Below, piece after piece: positions 10,901 through 21,500 of a stretch of DNA of 64,000 nucleotides (the stretch's first letter is position 1; every line of letters begins with the position of its first letter). The notes beneath the pieces are model-generated. The model saw nothing but the letters and a program-made list of their open reading frames with translations. It had not been told where the DNA came from and ran no database searches. Origin of the DNA: a virus; the IMG/VR virus record IMGVR_UViG_3300042503_000209, positions 44,134 to 108,133 of that record; one strand, 5' to 3'. Made by a program: the position numbers and the translations under genes.

Positions 10901-13900
10901 AACTGCTTAGTAGGTTGTCCTTCCTGACCAGGAATAACATGCTTTTTATTATTAGCATATAGATCAAACAAACTAATTAAGAATTCACGGTCAGACATTG
11001 AGCCATAAGTAATACCTTCATTCTGGTTTACGTTAAGTCTCTTATCTTCTACTAAAGAACCATCTTCATTTTTAGTAAGGCTAGATGATTTAATACCATC
11101 TATACGTGCAATCTTAAGACCGTCAGCAATATAGTTAAAGAACGGATTGTTCAATAAGTAGTTAGTAGTTAAGAACTTATCTTTTTTAAGTTCTTGACGG
11201 AACTCTTCACTCTGCAATTGTGCAGCTCTTACTAAGTTGTATGTTGGTAACTGATGTGAAAACACTAATTCACCTTCTGCATTCTTATAAGAAGTAGAAG
11301 ATACTTGCTCATCAAACACAGCATTACCAGCAGCTATCTTAGTCAAACGACCAATAGCAGCATCTACATCATCCTCTACATCTTCACTTTGTTCTTCAAA
11401 TTCTTCCTCAGATATAACCTTTGGTTCTTCTGCAGCAGTAAGTGTAGCCACTTGCTCTTCAGATTCTGCAAGTTTGTCTGGGTCAATATTTGTACCAAAA
11501 GGATTCTTACCACTTCTAATAGAAGATGCAATCTCTCTAGCATCTGACTCAGTCATCACCTCTACACCTTCAAAAGCTCTAAGTATTCTTAAGTCATTAG
11601 CTGTTAACTTTTTAGTATCAACAGTAGATAAATAACTATACTTAACAAACAATGGAGATAATGATATACCTAGTTCATCTTTTAGAGATAATACTATATT
11701 ATCAATTTCAGTAGCTAGTACACTTTCCTTATAAGTGTTACCTTTCTTTAAAAGGGTAGCAAGCTTGTCTAATGCAGCTGTTTTAGATTTAATAAATCTA
11801 GAAAGACTTTCAGAATCTTTTGATACATTTTCATACTGATCAACAAAAAGTCTTAGGTATGCATTATACCAAATAGAAAACTGGTTTCTAGCAGCACCTT
11901 TACGATTAGCTTCACTAACTCTAGTTTCCTTTTTACTAATATCTTTATTAATAAAGTAGTAATCTACTGAGAATTGGTTAAAACCTTTTATAACAGCTTG
12001 GAATAAATTAGCTTGATTCTTATTACCAATATCTATGAAGTTACCATCTTCGTCATATTGAAGATCGACATCATTAGAAAACTTAGTCCAGAACTTTCTA
12101 GCTTCTGGATTATTCTCAGCAAATATTCTTAAACGCTCAAGCATCTGAAACTGATCTGTAGAACCAGCTACCGCTTTAAGAATACCATTATAAAGAACGT
12201 TTGCGTTTACAGCTTCAATTAGTACTTCTTCAGTAGGAGAACCATCCTCAGATATAAATCTAGTATTACCAAATTCATCTGTAGTTTCTTCTACAATAGT
12301 AGATATATATTGACGTAGTTCTTTAGATAAAGAACCGTAACCACCAATGCTATAAGTTTCTTTCCAATTATCAGTAGTCACTCTATCTCCATACTCATCT
12401 ACTTTATCATCAAAGTCATTAGATTCAACCTCTTCCTGATAACCCATGATACGGGTATGTTCAATAACAGCAACTTTAAGAACATTAAAAAAATCTTTAT
12501 TTGAAAATACAGCAAATAATTGATCTAATTTTTCTATAGCTTTGCGTAAAGCTACTGGATCGTCTCCGTACCTATCAATAAACTCATCTGAATCATAATA
12601 AGGATTATTATTTTTATCATATAAGTTAGCATAATCTTCAAAAACAGTATCTAAAACATCTTCACTATGCATTGTTAAACCTGCTTCAGACATACGTCTA
12701 TGATATACTGCAGCAATAGTAGAAGCTAATATATCACCTTCTTGTTGACTTAAGTAAATAGGAATAGATTCTCTTTCACCATCTTCATTATCTATTACAG
12801 TAGTTCCAATTTGAATAGCTTTTAAAGCTGTTTGTGTAATAGCAATATTAGGACCAGTAGTAAATCTATTCTTTGCTAAAGAAGCATTTCTATAATTACC
12901 TTTCTCAATAGACTGAAATAAATCATCTAAAGGAGAAGCTTTAAGACGCTTAAAGAAGTTCTTAACGAAATCTAATAATCTTCTAAAAAAACTTTTATTT
13001 TCTGCAGATGTTGGTGTCTTAACGTCAGACTTCCATGCATCAAACTTATCAGCTAAGTATTCTTCATATACACGCTCTTCTAATTGCTCTTCTGTAAGCT
13101 TAGAGTAAAACTCAGGTTTAGTAGCTAGCAACTCTTGTTTAAGCTTAGCAATACTCTTACCTTGTTGACGAAGTTCTTGTTTAGCTATATTTAAGTACTT
13201 ATCAATCTGTTGATCAGTAAGTAACATACGGAATACAGCATGAAACGCTTCATGGTATTTAAACGGTGTATCTTTACCTACAGCAATCTTACCTTCTAGT
13301 TTATTATTTAACTCATTCATATGAGTGTAGAACATACCAACGGTAACACCCTCCACTTTCATTTGACGAGCAATATTATTTAACTCTTCTACAGAAATAA
13401 ACTCTGGAAGATTTTGTTGTGCCCATTTTTTAAATGCATTAATATGTACAACGTCTTGACCAGTAAGTCTATCTGAAACTTTAAGAGCAGCACTATTATT
13501 AATCTTAGCAATTTCTTGATTAATTGCAGCTACACGTGGTTCAGCATCATAATTATGCCTCATTACTTCACGTCTTGTTTTTCCAGATTTTTTTAAAGCA
13601 TCACCAATTTCTCTAATTATAGCATATCTCTCATCTTTAAGATCTTGTAGCTGATCTTGAATACTCTTAGTCTGTTGCTTAGCTTTACGTTCTTCCTCTT
13701 CTTTACGTTTTTTTTCTTCCTGCTCTGCTATACGCTTAGCAATCATTTCAGCTTGTGCAGTATCTATATCAGAAGGTAGATTAATACCAGCTAGTTCTTC
13801 ATCAGTAGGTTCCTCTTGTTGAGGTACTGGTCTCATTTCTGAAATAACAACATTGCTAGATGGAGAAATTTGTTGTTTCTTAGGGTATATAAAAATACCT

Positions 13901-16900
13901 TCATTCTTTACAATACTTGGATTAACACCAGAAATCATCTGACGAGCTTCATCAACTGAAGCATTTTCAGAAAAAGTATTTTTAAAACTGTTTTTAGTTA
14001 ATCTTACATTACCAATCTTATATGGAAATTTAGCATCATGATCTACAATAGCACGATTAATTCTTTCTATAAAGTCAGTGCTGTCCTTTATGTTTAAAGG
14101 TTTTTTACCATCAGATTCAGACTCTTGTAATACTATAATAGATCTCTGAGGATTCTTACTACCTTTTGTAAATGTTGCAAACTCTACTCTAACATTACCT
14201 GTTGGACTAAGAGCAATGTTCACTCTATAACCTCTTCTACCAGGTACAGCTACATAGATAGTTTGATTAATCTCATTATTAATATCATCCGCTGCTGAAG
14301 TATCAACCGCAGCAAAATAAGTTTTATCTGTTTTTGGATCAGTCTTTTCTTCTAGATTGTTTTCTTTAATTTCTTTAGACTTAGCATTGATTCTTTGTAC
14401 TAAATCATTAAAGCTTTCTGTAGAATAAACACTTGGTTGTAATTCTATAAACTTAATACTACCGTTAGGTAATTCTACTACAGCTACATAACGACCATAG
14501 TTTCTAAGCTTATCTTCACCGCCTTCAAATCTAGCAGCTTCAATTCTTTTTTCTAGTTCTTCAGTATTAAGAGACTCTGTAATAGGAGCATTGGGAACAT
14601 CTTCATACATTCCGTTTCCTAAATACTTAGTTCTACGATCATAGATATAAGTAGAACCACCTATTGTACTGTAATCTAAATCATCTAAAGTAACTCTTGT
14701 ATCACCTTCTTCTGCAAAATCATATTCACCAGCCGATGGTACAACATTAAATAAGCCATTAACCTCCTCATTGTTTAAAGTAACTTCGGTAGCACCTCCT
14801 AACAACTGGTTAGTCATTGCACTATATAACTTCATACCAGAAGCATAGCTTTCTTTAAACTTTCTAAACTCCTCATTAACATCTTTCTTTTGAGGATCAA
14901 AAATTTGTATAAACTGGTCTTTAGTAATATTACTTAAAGCAATAGGTTTACCAGCATTATCTAAATATGTGTATCTATTATAGTATGTAACAAAACCAAT
15001 AGTCTCACCACCATATACAATTTCAATCTTGTATGGTTCTGGGTTCTGCTGTAGATGTCTATTTTGATCTGTACCTTCACTACCAACTAAAGTTGTATTA
15101 CCAAGAGTTTGATTCTTAGTAATCTTAATAGTAACACCAGACTGAAAAGCATCTTTAGACGTAGTATAAATAAGTTGTCTTAATCTAGCATTAGCTTGCT
15201 CTTGAGTTTCATCCTCATTTCTTTTAGCATAAATTCTATTAAGCTCATTAGTTCTTTTTAGTCTAAATGCGTCAGGATTTTCTGGTTGTAACGCAGCTTC
15301 AAAAGCACTTTCTAGTTTATAACCAGCAAGACTTTCAATAGTAAGAGTAGCTGCAGAACCCTGCATAGGCTGAATAGTAATCTTAGGTTTACCTTGTATT
15401 AGTTTAGGCTTAGTCTTTGTAATTACTCTATACTTTCTTCCTTTAGCATCTACAAGAATATCACCAAACTTTAATGTTTGACCATCAAATTGATACTCAG
15501 CATACTCGTCTTTATTAAGCTCTGCCAATGCTTCAAAATAAGTTGTAACTTCTTCTAAAGATTCATATGCTTTAGCAGCTTCCCATAATGGGAACTTCTT
15601 AGCATCTAACGTTAGCTCTGTTACAGGAGCCCCTCTTCTATTTAAAATATAATAGAACTTAGAACCTTCGTATTCTTCTTCTATAAGATAAATACCGTTT
15701 TTCTTATTTATTACTTTAGCACCTTCAGGAAGACCATCTGGTACATCTTCAGTCTGTTCAGTTGGAGCTAATGGATCTTTTCTTTCTACCGGAGGCTTAC
15801 CTTCAAACTCATTTTTAATTTCCTCTAAATGCTCTTCTAAAAGTTTTTTACCAGTAGTGTCAATAGATTCCATCAATCTTTGGTGCACCCTTACAAACTG
15901 AATAGGGTTAGCCATAATGTTATAAGCATCTACATACTCTTTAACATCATTATTAAGATCAATATATTCAGTAAGATTCTTATAGATTTCTTGAATGTCA
16001 TCCGCTTTTATAGTAGTATCAATACCTGCCTCTTTGTTCTTAGCATTAACATACTTCTCAAAACTTTTAGCTGCCTTGTTAAACTTACGTTTCTGACCAG
16101 GCTCCATACTCTTAAGATCCTGATGGTGTTGTAACCACTCTTCTAAAGATTTTAATTGTTCTTTCTTAGATTTAAGAAGCTCTCTAGTTGCAGTATCCTT
16201 TTTAGGATTAGCAGCTAGTGCTTCAATCTCAGCTTTAAGAATATCAATTTCTTTCTGTGTGTTTTGAATAACACCTAGATTACGGAACGCTGTACCCACA
16301 GAAGCACCAATTTGTGGTGTAGCTGCCATTTCAGTTTGTAACTGAACAGCACGCTGAGCTGCTTTATGAGCTTTGTAATCATTAGTAGCCATTATTTCAA
16401 TAGCATCATCTAACGCACGCTTAGCCATTAAAGCAGTCTTACGCTCTGGTGTACCCTCTTTGTACATATCAATTAGTACAGAGTCACCATATTTATCTTT
16501 AAGAGCTTTCCAATTCTTATGGAATGTCTCTACATCATTTGCAATATTATTAAAAAAGTCTTTGGTTGATTTAATGTTGTCTGCAGTTTTGTCTAAGCCA
16601 AAAGCTTGTTTAAACTCTTCGTCATTAAATGTCTCACCATACCCACGTAATGTGTCAAGAACTGCTCCTGCCATATCTGTTTTGATAGCAGAAGAAATCA
16701 TTTTAGCAAAACCTGAGTTCTTATTGTTGTTAAAAACATATTGGTCTCTGTTAGCAACAGCTTCCTCCATGTTCTTAGCAATCTTATTTTGTACTTTAAT
16801 ATTAGCTATATGCTCTGGTAAAAACTTATTAGGGTTTTCATAGAAAGCATTAACCTCTCTTACAGCTTCATTAATATTTTTATAACGTGTAGCTCTTTGC

Positions 16901-18549
16901 TCTGATGTGGTAGATGCAAACTCTTTAGTTTTACCAACTGTATAGTTGATAGGAGATAACAATCTTCCAGTCAAAGCTCCCATTAAAAAGGTCTTTAAAC
17001 CTTGAATGTTAGCTTGCTCATCAATAGCTTTGTCTATTGATTTATCCATAGTTGTACCCTTATACCCGTGGTACAAATCATAATAGTAATCTTGTAAAGC
17101 TATATTAGAACCTTCTTGGAACAATTCCTGAAGACCTTCGCTTGCTTCCCATTTAAATACATTCTTACCTAAAGACTTTGTTGCTTGCCATGCAGCTGTA
17201 CGACCACCAAAATCTCTAGCTACCTGACCAATTAAACCTAATGTTCCTAACTTACCTTTTGTATATAGTTTAGTAGTTTCTTCTGCAGCTTCTTTACCTA
17301 CACGTTTACCAGTTACTTTTAATACATCATCTGCAAATTCACCGGTAGTACCAAATAATCCACGGCTAGTTCCAAACTTAGAAAATAAGTTATCAAATTG
17401 TAAGCGGTTACTTAACATCAAGATACCTGTATTAACCATAAAGTTATCTTGAGCTGCAGCTTGTGCAGAAGCTTTCATTCTTTCTTCTTGAGCAAAACTA
17501 GGAGCTTGTCCTGTTTTCTGAAGTTCTTCATCATATAACTTATTATATAATTCTCCATATGTACCAGCAGCTTCCATACGAGCTTCTGTAGTAGCCATAT
17601 TAACTTCAGATAAAGCACGTCTTAAACCACCTACACCAATAGCTGCCATTTGTCCAATACCTGCCCCAGCTTTACCGTACTTACTTAATGTGTAAGCAGT
17701 ATCACCTAAAGGTACAAGTTGTCTAGCACCTTGTACTAAACCTTCGGCAACTGAACGAGATTTCCATACTGGACTACCAAGTCTAGTTAAATCTGCAGCA
17801 ATGTCTGCTTTACTAATAACTTTACCAAAAATAGAAGGTGCTTTTAAACCTAACTTAGCTATTGAAAACTCAGTGGATAAACCAAATGTAATAAGCTCTT
17901 CTGTTAAGAATTGACCAATAGCTCCTACAGCAAAACCAGATTGCTGTAACATATCACCAAAAAACTTACGGTTGAATATACCTTCTTCAGATTCAGGTGT
18001 TGAATAGATAGCATATCTATTCATAATGTCTTTAGTAATCTTATCTTGTTCTAAAAGTTGTTCTGGAGTACCTAATAAATCTTGTTTAGCCTCATCCCAA
18101 CTACTACTTGCTATAGCATCTGTTAAGTTAGCCCAACCTTTCCATCCTTCAATATAAGTATTACCTGCTAATCTAAACATACCGTTTAGACCATTAGACC
18201 AAATATCTCCCCAAGTTTGACGAGCTCCATACTTATATTCATTATTAGTTTGACCAGATGGATCAAAACCTAATATATTAAAGTTATCCGAACTCTTATA
18301 TCTATCTACTTGAGCTGCATTATAATCAAAAAACTTTGGAGCAGCTAATCTATTCATAGTAGCTCGTGAACTACTAAAAGCATCAAGACCACTTTGTACA
18401 ATATCTACACCAGAAGATATAGGTGCTGAAATACTAGGACGAGCTAGTAAATCTAACATACTAGTATTGGTTTCTGGTAAAGGAAGAAATGGATCTTGAG
18501 AATAAACTCCTTGTAATTCTTGAGGTATTACACCAGTTTCTAGTGCCAT
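4912..18549 (-). CDS. Virion-packaged RNA polymerase polyprotein (crAss-like, phi14:2 gp66 type), 4545 aa, with N-terminal helical region, zincin domain and C-terminal macro-like insert
   Basis: RIPSQDKHS...ISGADFDIDK catalytic motif (DFDID at 8593-8607), plus EQADAQ and MTDNAK motifs. Zincin HEAFH at 13240-13254 with downstream EEYLAD. Size and position beside the tail and cargo genes match crAss-like vRNAPs. Confidence 0.9.
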   Translation of the reverse strand: MALETGVIPQELQGVYSQDPFLPLPETNTSMLDLLARPSISAPISSGVDIVQSGLDAFSSSRATMNRLAAPKFFDYNAAQVDRYKSSDNFNILGFDPSGQTNNEYKYGARQTWGDIWSNGLNGMFRLAGNTYIEGWKGWANLTDAIASSSWDEAKQDLLGTPEQLLEQDKITKDIMNRYAIYSTPESEEGIFNRKFFGDMLQQSGFAVGAIGQFLTEELITFGLSTEFSIAKLGLKAPSIFGKVISKADIAADLTRLGSPVWKSRSVAEGLVQGARQLVPLGDTAYTLSKYGKAGAGIGQMAAIGVGGLRRALSEVNMATTEARMEAAGTYGELYNKLYDEELQKTGQAPSFAQEERMKASAQAAAQDNFMVNTGILMLSNRLQFDNLFSKFGTSRGLFGTTGEFADDVLKVTGKRVGKEAAEETTKLYTKGKLGTLGLIGQVARDFGGRTAAWQATKSLGKNVFKWEASEGLQELFQEGSNIALQDYYYDLYHGYKGTTMDKSIDKAIDEQANIQGLKTFLMGALTGRLLSPINYTVGKTKEFASTTSEQRATRYKNINEAVREVNAFYENPNKFLPEHIANIKVQNKIAKNMEEAVANRDQYVFNNNKNSGFAKMISSAIKTDMAGAVLDTLRGYGETFNDEEFKQAFGLDKTADNIKSTKDFFNNIANDVETFHKNWKALKDKYGDSVLIDMYKEGTPERKTALMAKRALDDAIEIMATNDYKAHKAAQRAVQLQTEMAATPQIGASVGTAFRNLGVIQNTQKEIDILKAEIEALAANPKKDTATRELLKSKKEQLKSLEEWLQHHQDLKSMEPGQKRKFNKAAKSFEKYVNAKNKEAGIDTTIKADDIQEIYKNLTEYIDLNNDVKEYVDAYNIMANPIQFVRVHQRLMESIDTTGKKLLEEHLEEIKNEFEGKPPVERKDPLAPTEQTEDVPDGLPEGAKVINKKNGIYLIEEEYEGSKFYYILNRRGAPVTELTLDAKKFPLWEAAKAYESLEEVTTYFEALAELNKDEYAEYQFDGQTLKFGDILVDAKGRKYRVITKTKPKLIQGKPKITIQPMQGSAATLTIESLAGYKLESAFEAALQPENPDAFRLKRTNELNRIYAKRNEDETQEQANARLRQLIYTTSKDAFQSGVTIKITKNQTLGNTTLVGSEGTDQNRHLQQNPEPYKIEIVYGGETIGFVTYYNRYTYLDNAGKPIALSNITKDQFIQIFDPQKKDVNEEFRKFKESYASGMKLYSAMTNQLLGGATEVTLNNEEVNGLFNVVPSAGEYDFAEEGDTRVTLDDLDYSTIGGSTYIYDRRTKYLGNGMYEDVPNAPITESLNTEELEKRIEAARFEGGEDKLRNYGRYVAVVELPNGSIKFIELQPSVYSTESFNDLVQRINAKSKEIKENNLEEKTDPKTDKTYFAAVDTSAADDINNEINQTIYVAVPGRRGYRVNIALSPTGNVRVEFATFTKGSKNPQRSIIVLQESESDGKKPLNIKDSTDFIERINRAIVDHDAKFPYKIGNVRLTKNSFKNTFSENASVDEARQMISGVNPSIVKNEGIFIYPKKQQISPSSNVVISEMRPVPQQEEPTDEELAGINLPSDIDTAQAEMIAKRIAEQEEKKRKEEEERKAKQQTKSIQDQLQDLKDERYAIIREIGDALKKSGKTRREVMRHNYDAEPRVAAINQEIAKINNSAALKVSDRLTGQDVVHINAFKKWAQQNLPEFISVEELNNIARQMKVEGVTVGMFYTHMNELNNKLEGKIAVGKDTPFKYHEAFHAVFRMLLTDQQIDKYLNIAKQELRQQGKSIAKLKQELLATKPEFYSKLTEEQLEERVYEEYLADKFDAWKSDVKTPTSAENKSFFRRLLDFVKNFFKRLKASPLDDLFQSIEKGNYRNASLAKNRFTTGPNIAITQTALKAIQIGTTVIDNEDGERESIPIYLSQQEGDILASTIAAVYHRRMSEAGLTMHSEDVLDTVFEDYANLYDKNNNPYYDSDEFIDRYGDDPVALRKAIEKLDQLFAVFSNKDFFNVLKVAVIEHTRIMGYQEEVESNDFDDKVDEYGDRVTTDNWKETYSIGGYGSLSKELRQYISTIVEETTDEFGNTRFISEDGSPTEEVLIEAVNANVLYNGILKAVAGSTDQFQMLERLRIFAENNPEARKFWTKFSNDVDLQYDEDGNFIDIGNKNQANLFQAVIKGFNQFSVDYYFINKDISKKETRVSEANRKGAARNQFSIWYNAYLRLFVDQYENVSKDSESLSRFIKSKTAALDKLATLLKKGNTYKESVLATEIDNIVLSLKDELGISLSPLFVKYSYLSTVDTKKLTANDLRILRAFEGVEVMTESDAREIASSIRSGKNPFGTNIDPDKLAESEEQVATLTAAEEPKVISEEEFEEQSEDVEDDVDAAIGRLTKIAAGNAVFDEQVSSTSYKNAEGELVFSHQLPTYNLVRAAQLQSEEFRQELKKDKFLTTNYLLNNPFFNYIADGLKIARIDGIKSSSLTKNEDGSLVEDKRLNVNQNEGITYGSMSDREFLISLFDLYANNKKHVIPGQEGQPTKQFMTSSVLLGVLEASNTGDMLNLPVIRAVEYKSGKIVLTKEAKDMLLNEVKREFDRIARVTTEINSGNYLNGIIEGYHNGEERGLKFIKTGNMLGSLLSTLEDAAKNFEDISQYNDQILNEIEKYWLADGGKLDEMITVLKEQNVIGATKEDKLENRLLTNYIFRGFKSDNKTDKDRNKMLNMVVDAPEHNIAQVLINNFINTLSARQLFIGDAAENYKNDGGIDEVKRNKGLNGSGASISSIVTASNLGINHANTKSHVVTINDPQYRGKYAGKNKEQADAQMWMSVKSFRYTLFGLGKLNQAQADLLDKIERGESVSTKDIFGEIYKDKNGISRTRGGSVSYNAQTNSIKLVYNDGKKYVKTSGILLSKQLTSVEEGNTWVARPGYEELHTIREKLEAYESANETITFAIPKSASKGYKTNIAADPNSISDENFVEHDNNFWRLQLENPSNKLLITDPTQAKQLIIAEQSRDLIVNFQGEEMTLGQVIDNYLSDTEQRVKNNYFAARDEMFDIEGAFKELKKSLKQSQITPKLGKFLNKQVETLKATGADSQLIEFFTPIKNEQTGEYVPKYDLNHPITLDKFTQLFLAYFSKGVMSEKTPGHSLALASNYGMKVAKRVTRLDENGQPLSWEVITRRQYEKDKALLAQIKDAKRYNNNLDREFDGLKVGDIYIDDLRHNVPEFDEQGNITGYFTEYMMPPHFREDMNLYNEDGSISEAALKSFAVRIPSQDKHSFVTSKLVDFLPAFYGSTAVFPHELIEISGADFDIDKVYMQIMDFYRKDGERIPYGTAKTKDGKFTEYVMYLQSSNKTFKTKLAQLRAEAVNEETYSDEEGGVYQSFEDLAKDLFSRSLDSMMIESALKELGLPSNADEYAKAVEQYGELNNGVLNNRILEAKIKLQNNDGVTKSTEGKVASAFQVAEVQPLIDIVNSFIERFPILRDVLVETGSDVDSMIGQYKAFKNNKEGARNIGPAVNSMLVYAIMNSYGKLTRVRETNGKGEELYVLTIDGHKFNSYEYNKAFQKRTEIGDGGAVSEVEGYTGERIFYHISAIVSAMTDNAKERLAARLGLNINAVGVVSNMVALGVPLETALMFNLQPSVREFYKRIAVASKKIKTPQEQDLVKAKVGEELLEELSNELVKDSTLPEITTELLENNIKSAGSNPEANVAIFSSFLNFYNQTSYYSAVAQVLKLSKGLGTSNEAIDAIEEKEEMLGLNMDDSTFSESKLPFDLRQVLTGKDASKPHHNITANYLRIKNQIQDLQKSIFMEKTYIFQRFKETILKNLRVNSKEAETFNVTLKRDIISYLGIKAYMQYLKVNGKGAKLAGLDNSMIYDAEAVARGDQFMDIIDTVKSIRQQLPKNYFANKFLNIVPVKLYDVNSGQEYFNAKSRGGINTVESNTWAKLGQHEQNRIEDSFLEIYSNPKTRSLAYNLFNYLIVKDGAQFKSGSFIKFIPPAMFKELLDSTGAAHQLLKEDSLVGNTEKYKEIFGSTAPEMFNEFTSLYTTNINNTFNITRVFAGKKVNAQAEKNKPKGYVPEVIMQSEDETILAIDLFGGVRKPELMLLIDEFGNEFYTEVLEKGKFEQKDLDKLNYNKEVLKANGFKLTNRPDEQGNNRYYIELPYTVKILTGEKGVNEKATYYKLRSVAKKVSTATAFSRTTKILKREDLQKNPGTLYVFGDNDTRKGLGGQAKEMRGEPNAMGISTKKAPNMDDSAFKSDADFEENARIITQDIDAIIAVWNTGKYNKLTVPPIGVGLAKLAEKAPRTWEYLNAELKRLEEVVTQSTPIEGVGSFIKNVGDTIALSNTAVYEKFEPTGSRKQWKVGGLTGEMPTNLVLRNRKASNNNKFNLSEAALAKAEIELDNIIGNFDPLRFSTEARDLQEDWGITFQIVGNKLTFYKKENGKDVKYDTEITEPAELLRVLKETRQEQPVSPKAMKNTFKATDESEGEMPNFTNPVPTDIDPEEAKKNLQKLLAAKRSELQERKKEDDAGCKGE

Positions 18550-18570
18550 GAATCTATCTTTATGTATTGA

Positions 18571-21500
18571 TTACTTAATTAAATGACCTAAACCTACTGC
18601 TTTTAATGCTGCTTTAGGGTCCCAAACATTAACGTTTGCTTGTGTTGTGTTAAACTTTTGATACTCTAAATGAACATTTCTATTGTTATTCATATTCTGA
18701 AGATACAAACTTTGAAGATATGAAACAATTTCATCTGGAGATTTAGCACTATCACCTTGTAAATTTATAGTGTGAAAATACGATTTATCTTCCACTTTTT
18801 TAACTAATTGTCCAGTTTGTGGATCTTTTACATTAGTTGCAACTTTATACTTTAAATCTACAGTAACGTATTGTGGAACAGCAGAACCATTATCTGACAT
18901 GACATTTGGTGTAATAGTATAACTAAATCCAGCAGCATCTAATATAGGGTCAGATTTAATCTGCTTACCTCTAGTAATAGCATCATAAACCTGGAAACCA
19001 GTATTATTTGGAAGCTGATCAAGATAAGTACCAGAAGTATTATCTTTAACTACAAAATTAACTTCAGTACCTGAACTTATACTACTTAAATCAACTCCAG
19101 CAACTTGATCTTTAGATTCAGTTGAAATTGGTTTACTAAATATATATCTAATTGTTTTTTTACCATTAATGCCTTGAGGTATATACTGACCAGTACCGTA
19201 TTCTTCAATGTTCTTTTCACTAGATAATAAAGTTTGAATACCTTTTATCATACTAGGATCTAAAGGTTTACCATCTTTATCATAAACATCCTGAACATTT
19301 CCTGGTTGTACAGCTTGATAAATTATCAAAGCTGCATTATCACCATTACCCATTGTCTTATTACCTTTTGTGTTTAAAGCAAAAAGAGTACCTTGTTGAC
19401 CAGTTAAGTTCTTATACATTAAAAGATCTGGTACAACAGACTCGTGAGCAGCTTTAAGATTCTTTACAAGATCTTGAGAAGACTTATATGTGGTGTTTAA
19501 AGATCCAATAGTTTTTCCTAAATCTTCCAAACCTGCTGGAATTGAATTATTACTATAACCAATACCTGAATTATATCTTCCATACAAATGATATTCTTTA
19601 CCATCTTTTTTTACAGTATATCCAGCATATGTTGTAGTATTTCCACCTCCACCAAGTGCTGCTGCACTAGACGATAAATTTTGAAAAAATGTAGGATCGT
19701 AGTCAGTTATATTACCTGTAACATAAGCTTTAGCTAAATCATCACTTGTTAACTTAACTTTATTACCATCATCATCTTCAAAGTCATATGAACTTTTAAA
19801 CTTAGGTGCTAAATTACTAGCTGTAACTAAATCTTTTTCTCCATTACCTACGTCAACTAATAATCCTTTATATTTTGGATCATTTTGAAGTTTATCTTGT
19901 ACAAGTTTTTTTCTTTGAACTTCGTTAGCGTTATAACTATCTAATTTAGTTACTGCTGTAGAATATCTCATTAAAGCTTCAAACTCAGTATTAGTTAAAG
20001 CTATATCAGAACCATCAGCAGCTATCTTACTACGTTCAGATAAATAATCTCCAGCATATGCAATAAGAGCATTTCTTAATGTACCAGGTCCAGTTATAGT
20101 AGTTATACCTGCAGTTTTAACACCTTGACTATTAAGTAAGGCTGTTTCTAATTTTTTACTAGCAGCTGCTTGTTCTTTAGTAAACTTGTGAGCATAATCA
20201 GTAGCCACCTCAGTTTGTAAAGCTGTAGCTACATGTGCTATTTCTGCAGGATCTAATCCAAGTTTTGATGCAAAACCTAAAATACCTTTTTGATCAAAGA
20301 TCAAATTATGAGCATCAAGAAAAGCTTGCTTTTGATTTTTAGAATAAATATCAAAAGCTGTTTCAGCAGTCTTAGTAATATCTATACCTGATAAACCAGA
20401 ATAAATTAATGAACCACTTTCATCTACTCCAGGTACAGGTGTACCATCAGCATTAGTTCCTGTACCTGTTCCAGTACCAGTTCCTGTGCCAGTTCCTGTA
20501 GCACCTTTAGCAGCTTTTATCTTTAAGTCTTCAGTCTTATACCATTGATCAAATGCAGCATTACTTACTGCCAAGTTATGTTCAGCTCTTCTAAGTTCAA
20601 GACTTTGTGCAGCTGTAAAAGCAGCGTTTTCTTTAATAAGTTTTTGATCAATACTAGCTCTACCTGTAGCCCAGTTGTTAACAAGACGTTGTTTAGCTAA
20701 TACACTAAAATATTGTTTTGGAGCAGCTAATACAGCTTCTTCCACTTTACCTTTTTCTTTATCAAAATATTTATACTCTTCACCAATTGAAGCTTTTCTA
20801 CCCATTAATTCAGAACGTTCTTCAACAAGTTTATTAAACATTGCTTGATTATTCGGACCACCTGTCTGACCTATTGAAGATAACAAACTATCAATTCTAG
20901 CTACTTCTACATCAATCTCTTGATTTCTTTTAGTATATCCTTGATTTAATTCTGATATAATATCTTTAGCAATTAGTTTTTGTATATCAGGTTCTGTAAG
21001 GTTTGGATTATTACGTTTTAATATTTTAGCACGCTCTTCATTCTCAACAGTACCAGTTATTTCAAACTGACCTTGAAAGTTATTACCAATCATAGCAGAT
21101 GCCCAAGTAGCATATTTCTTTTGAGAACGCTGTCCATTAACAGTCTCAATTAAATATGGTCCATTAGGATCATCATACTTAACATCCATACCTTGATCTT
21201 TAGCTTGTTTTTGTAACCAAGCTTCAATATTAGTAAACGGTTCAGCTTTACGCATTTCTATAGCACCAAACGCTTCAGGTGTTAACTCAGCATTCTGAAG
21301 TTTGCTTAAACCGTTTTGAAGATACATCATACCAATGTTGTTATACTTCTCACGCTCTTCTGGTTTAGCTGAATCTTTCCATGACATATATTTCTGCATC
21401 TCATTCTGATAAGACTTAGTCATAGCAATGTCTTGAACCATAAACTTGTTCTGCCAAAAAGGAGAAAAGATTTGTTCTGCAGCATTTACATTTTCCATAA

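Noticed and set aside
4912-18549. Intron or intein in the RNAP gene
   Set aside because: The ORF is uninterrupted and I recognised no intein splice or LAGLIDADG/HNH motifs. An HMM search is needed to exclude this fully.
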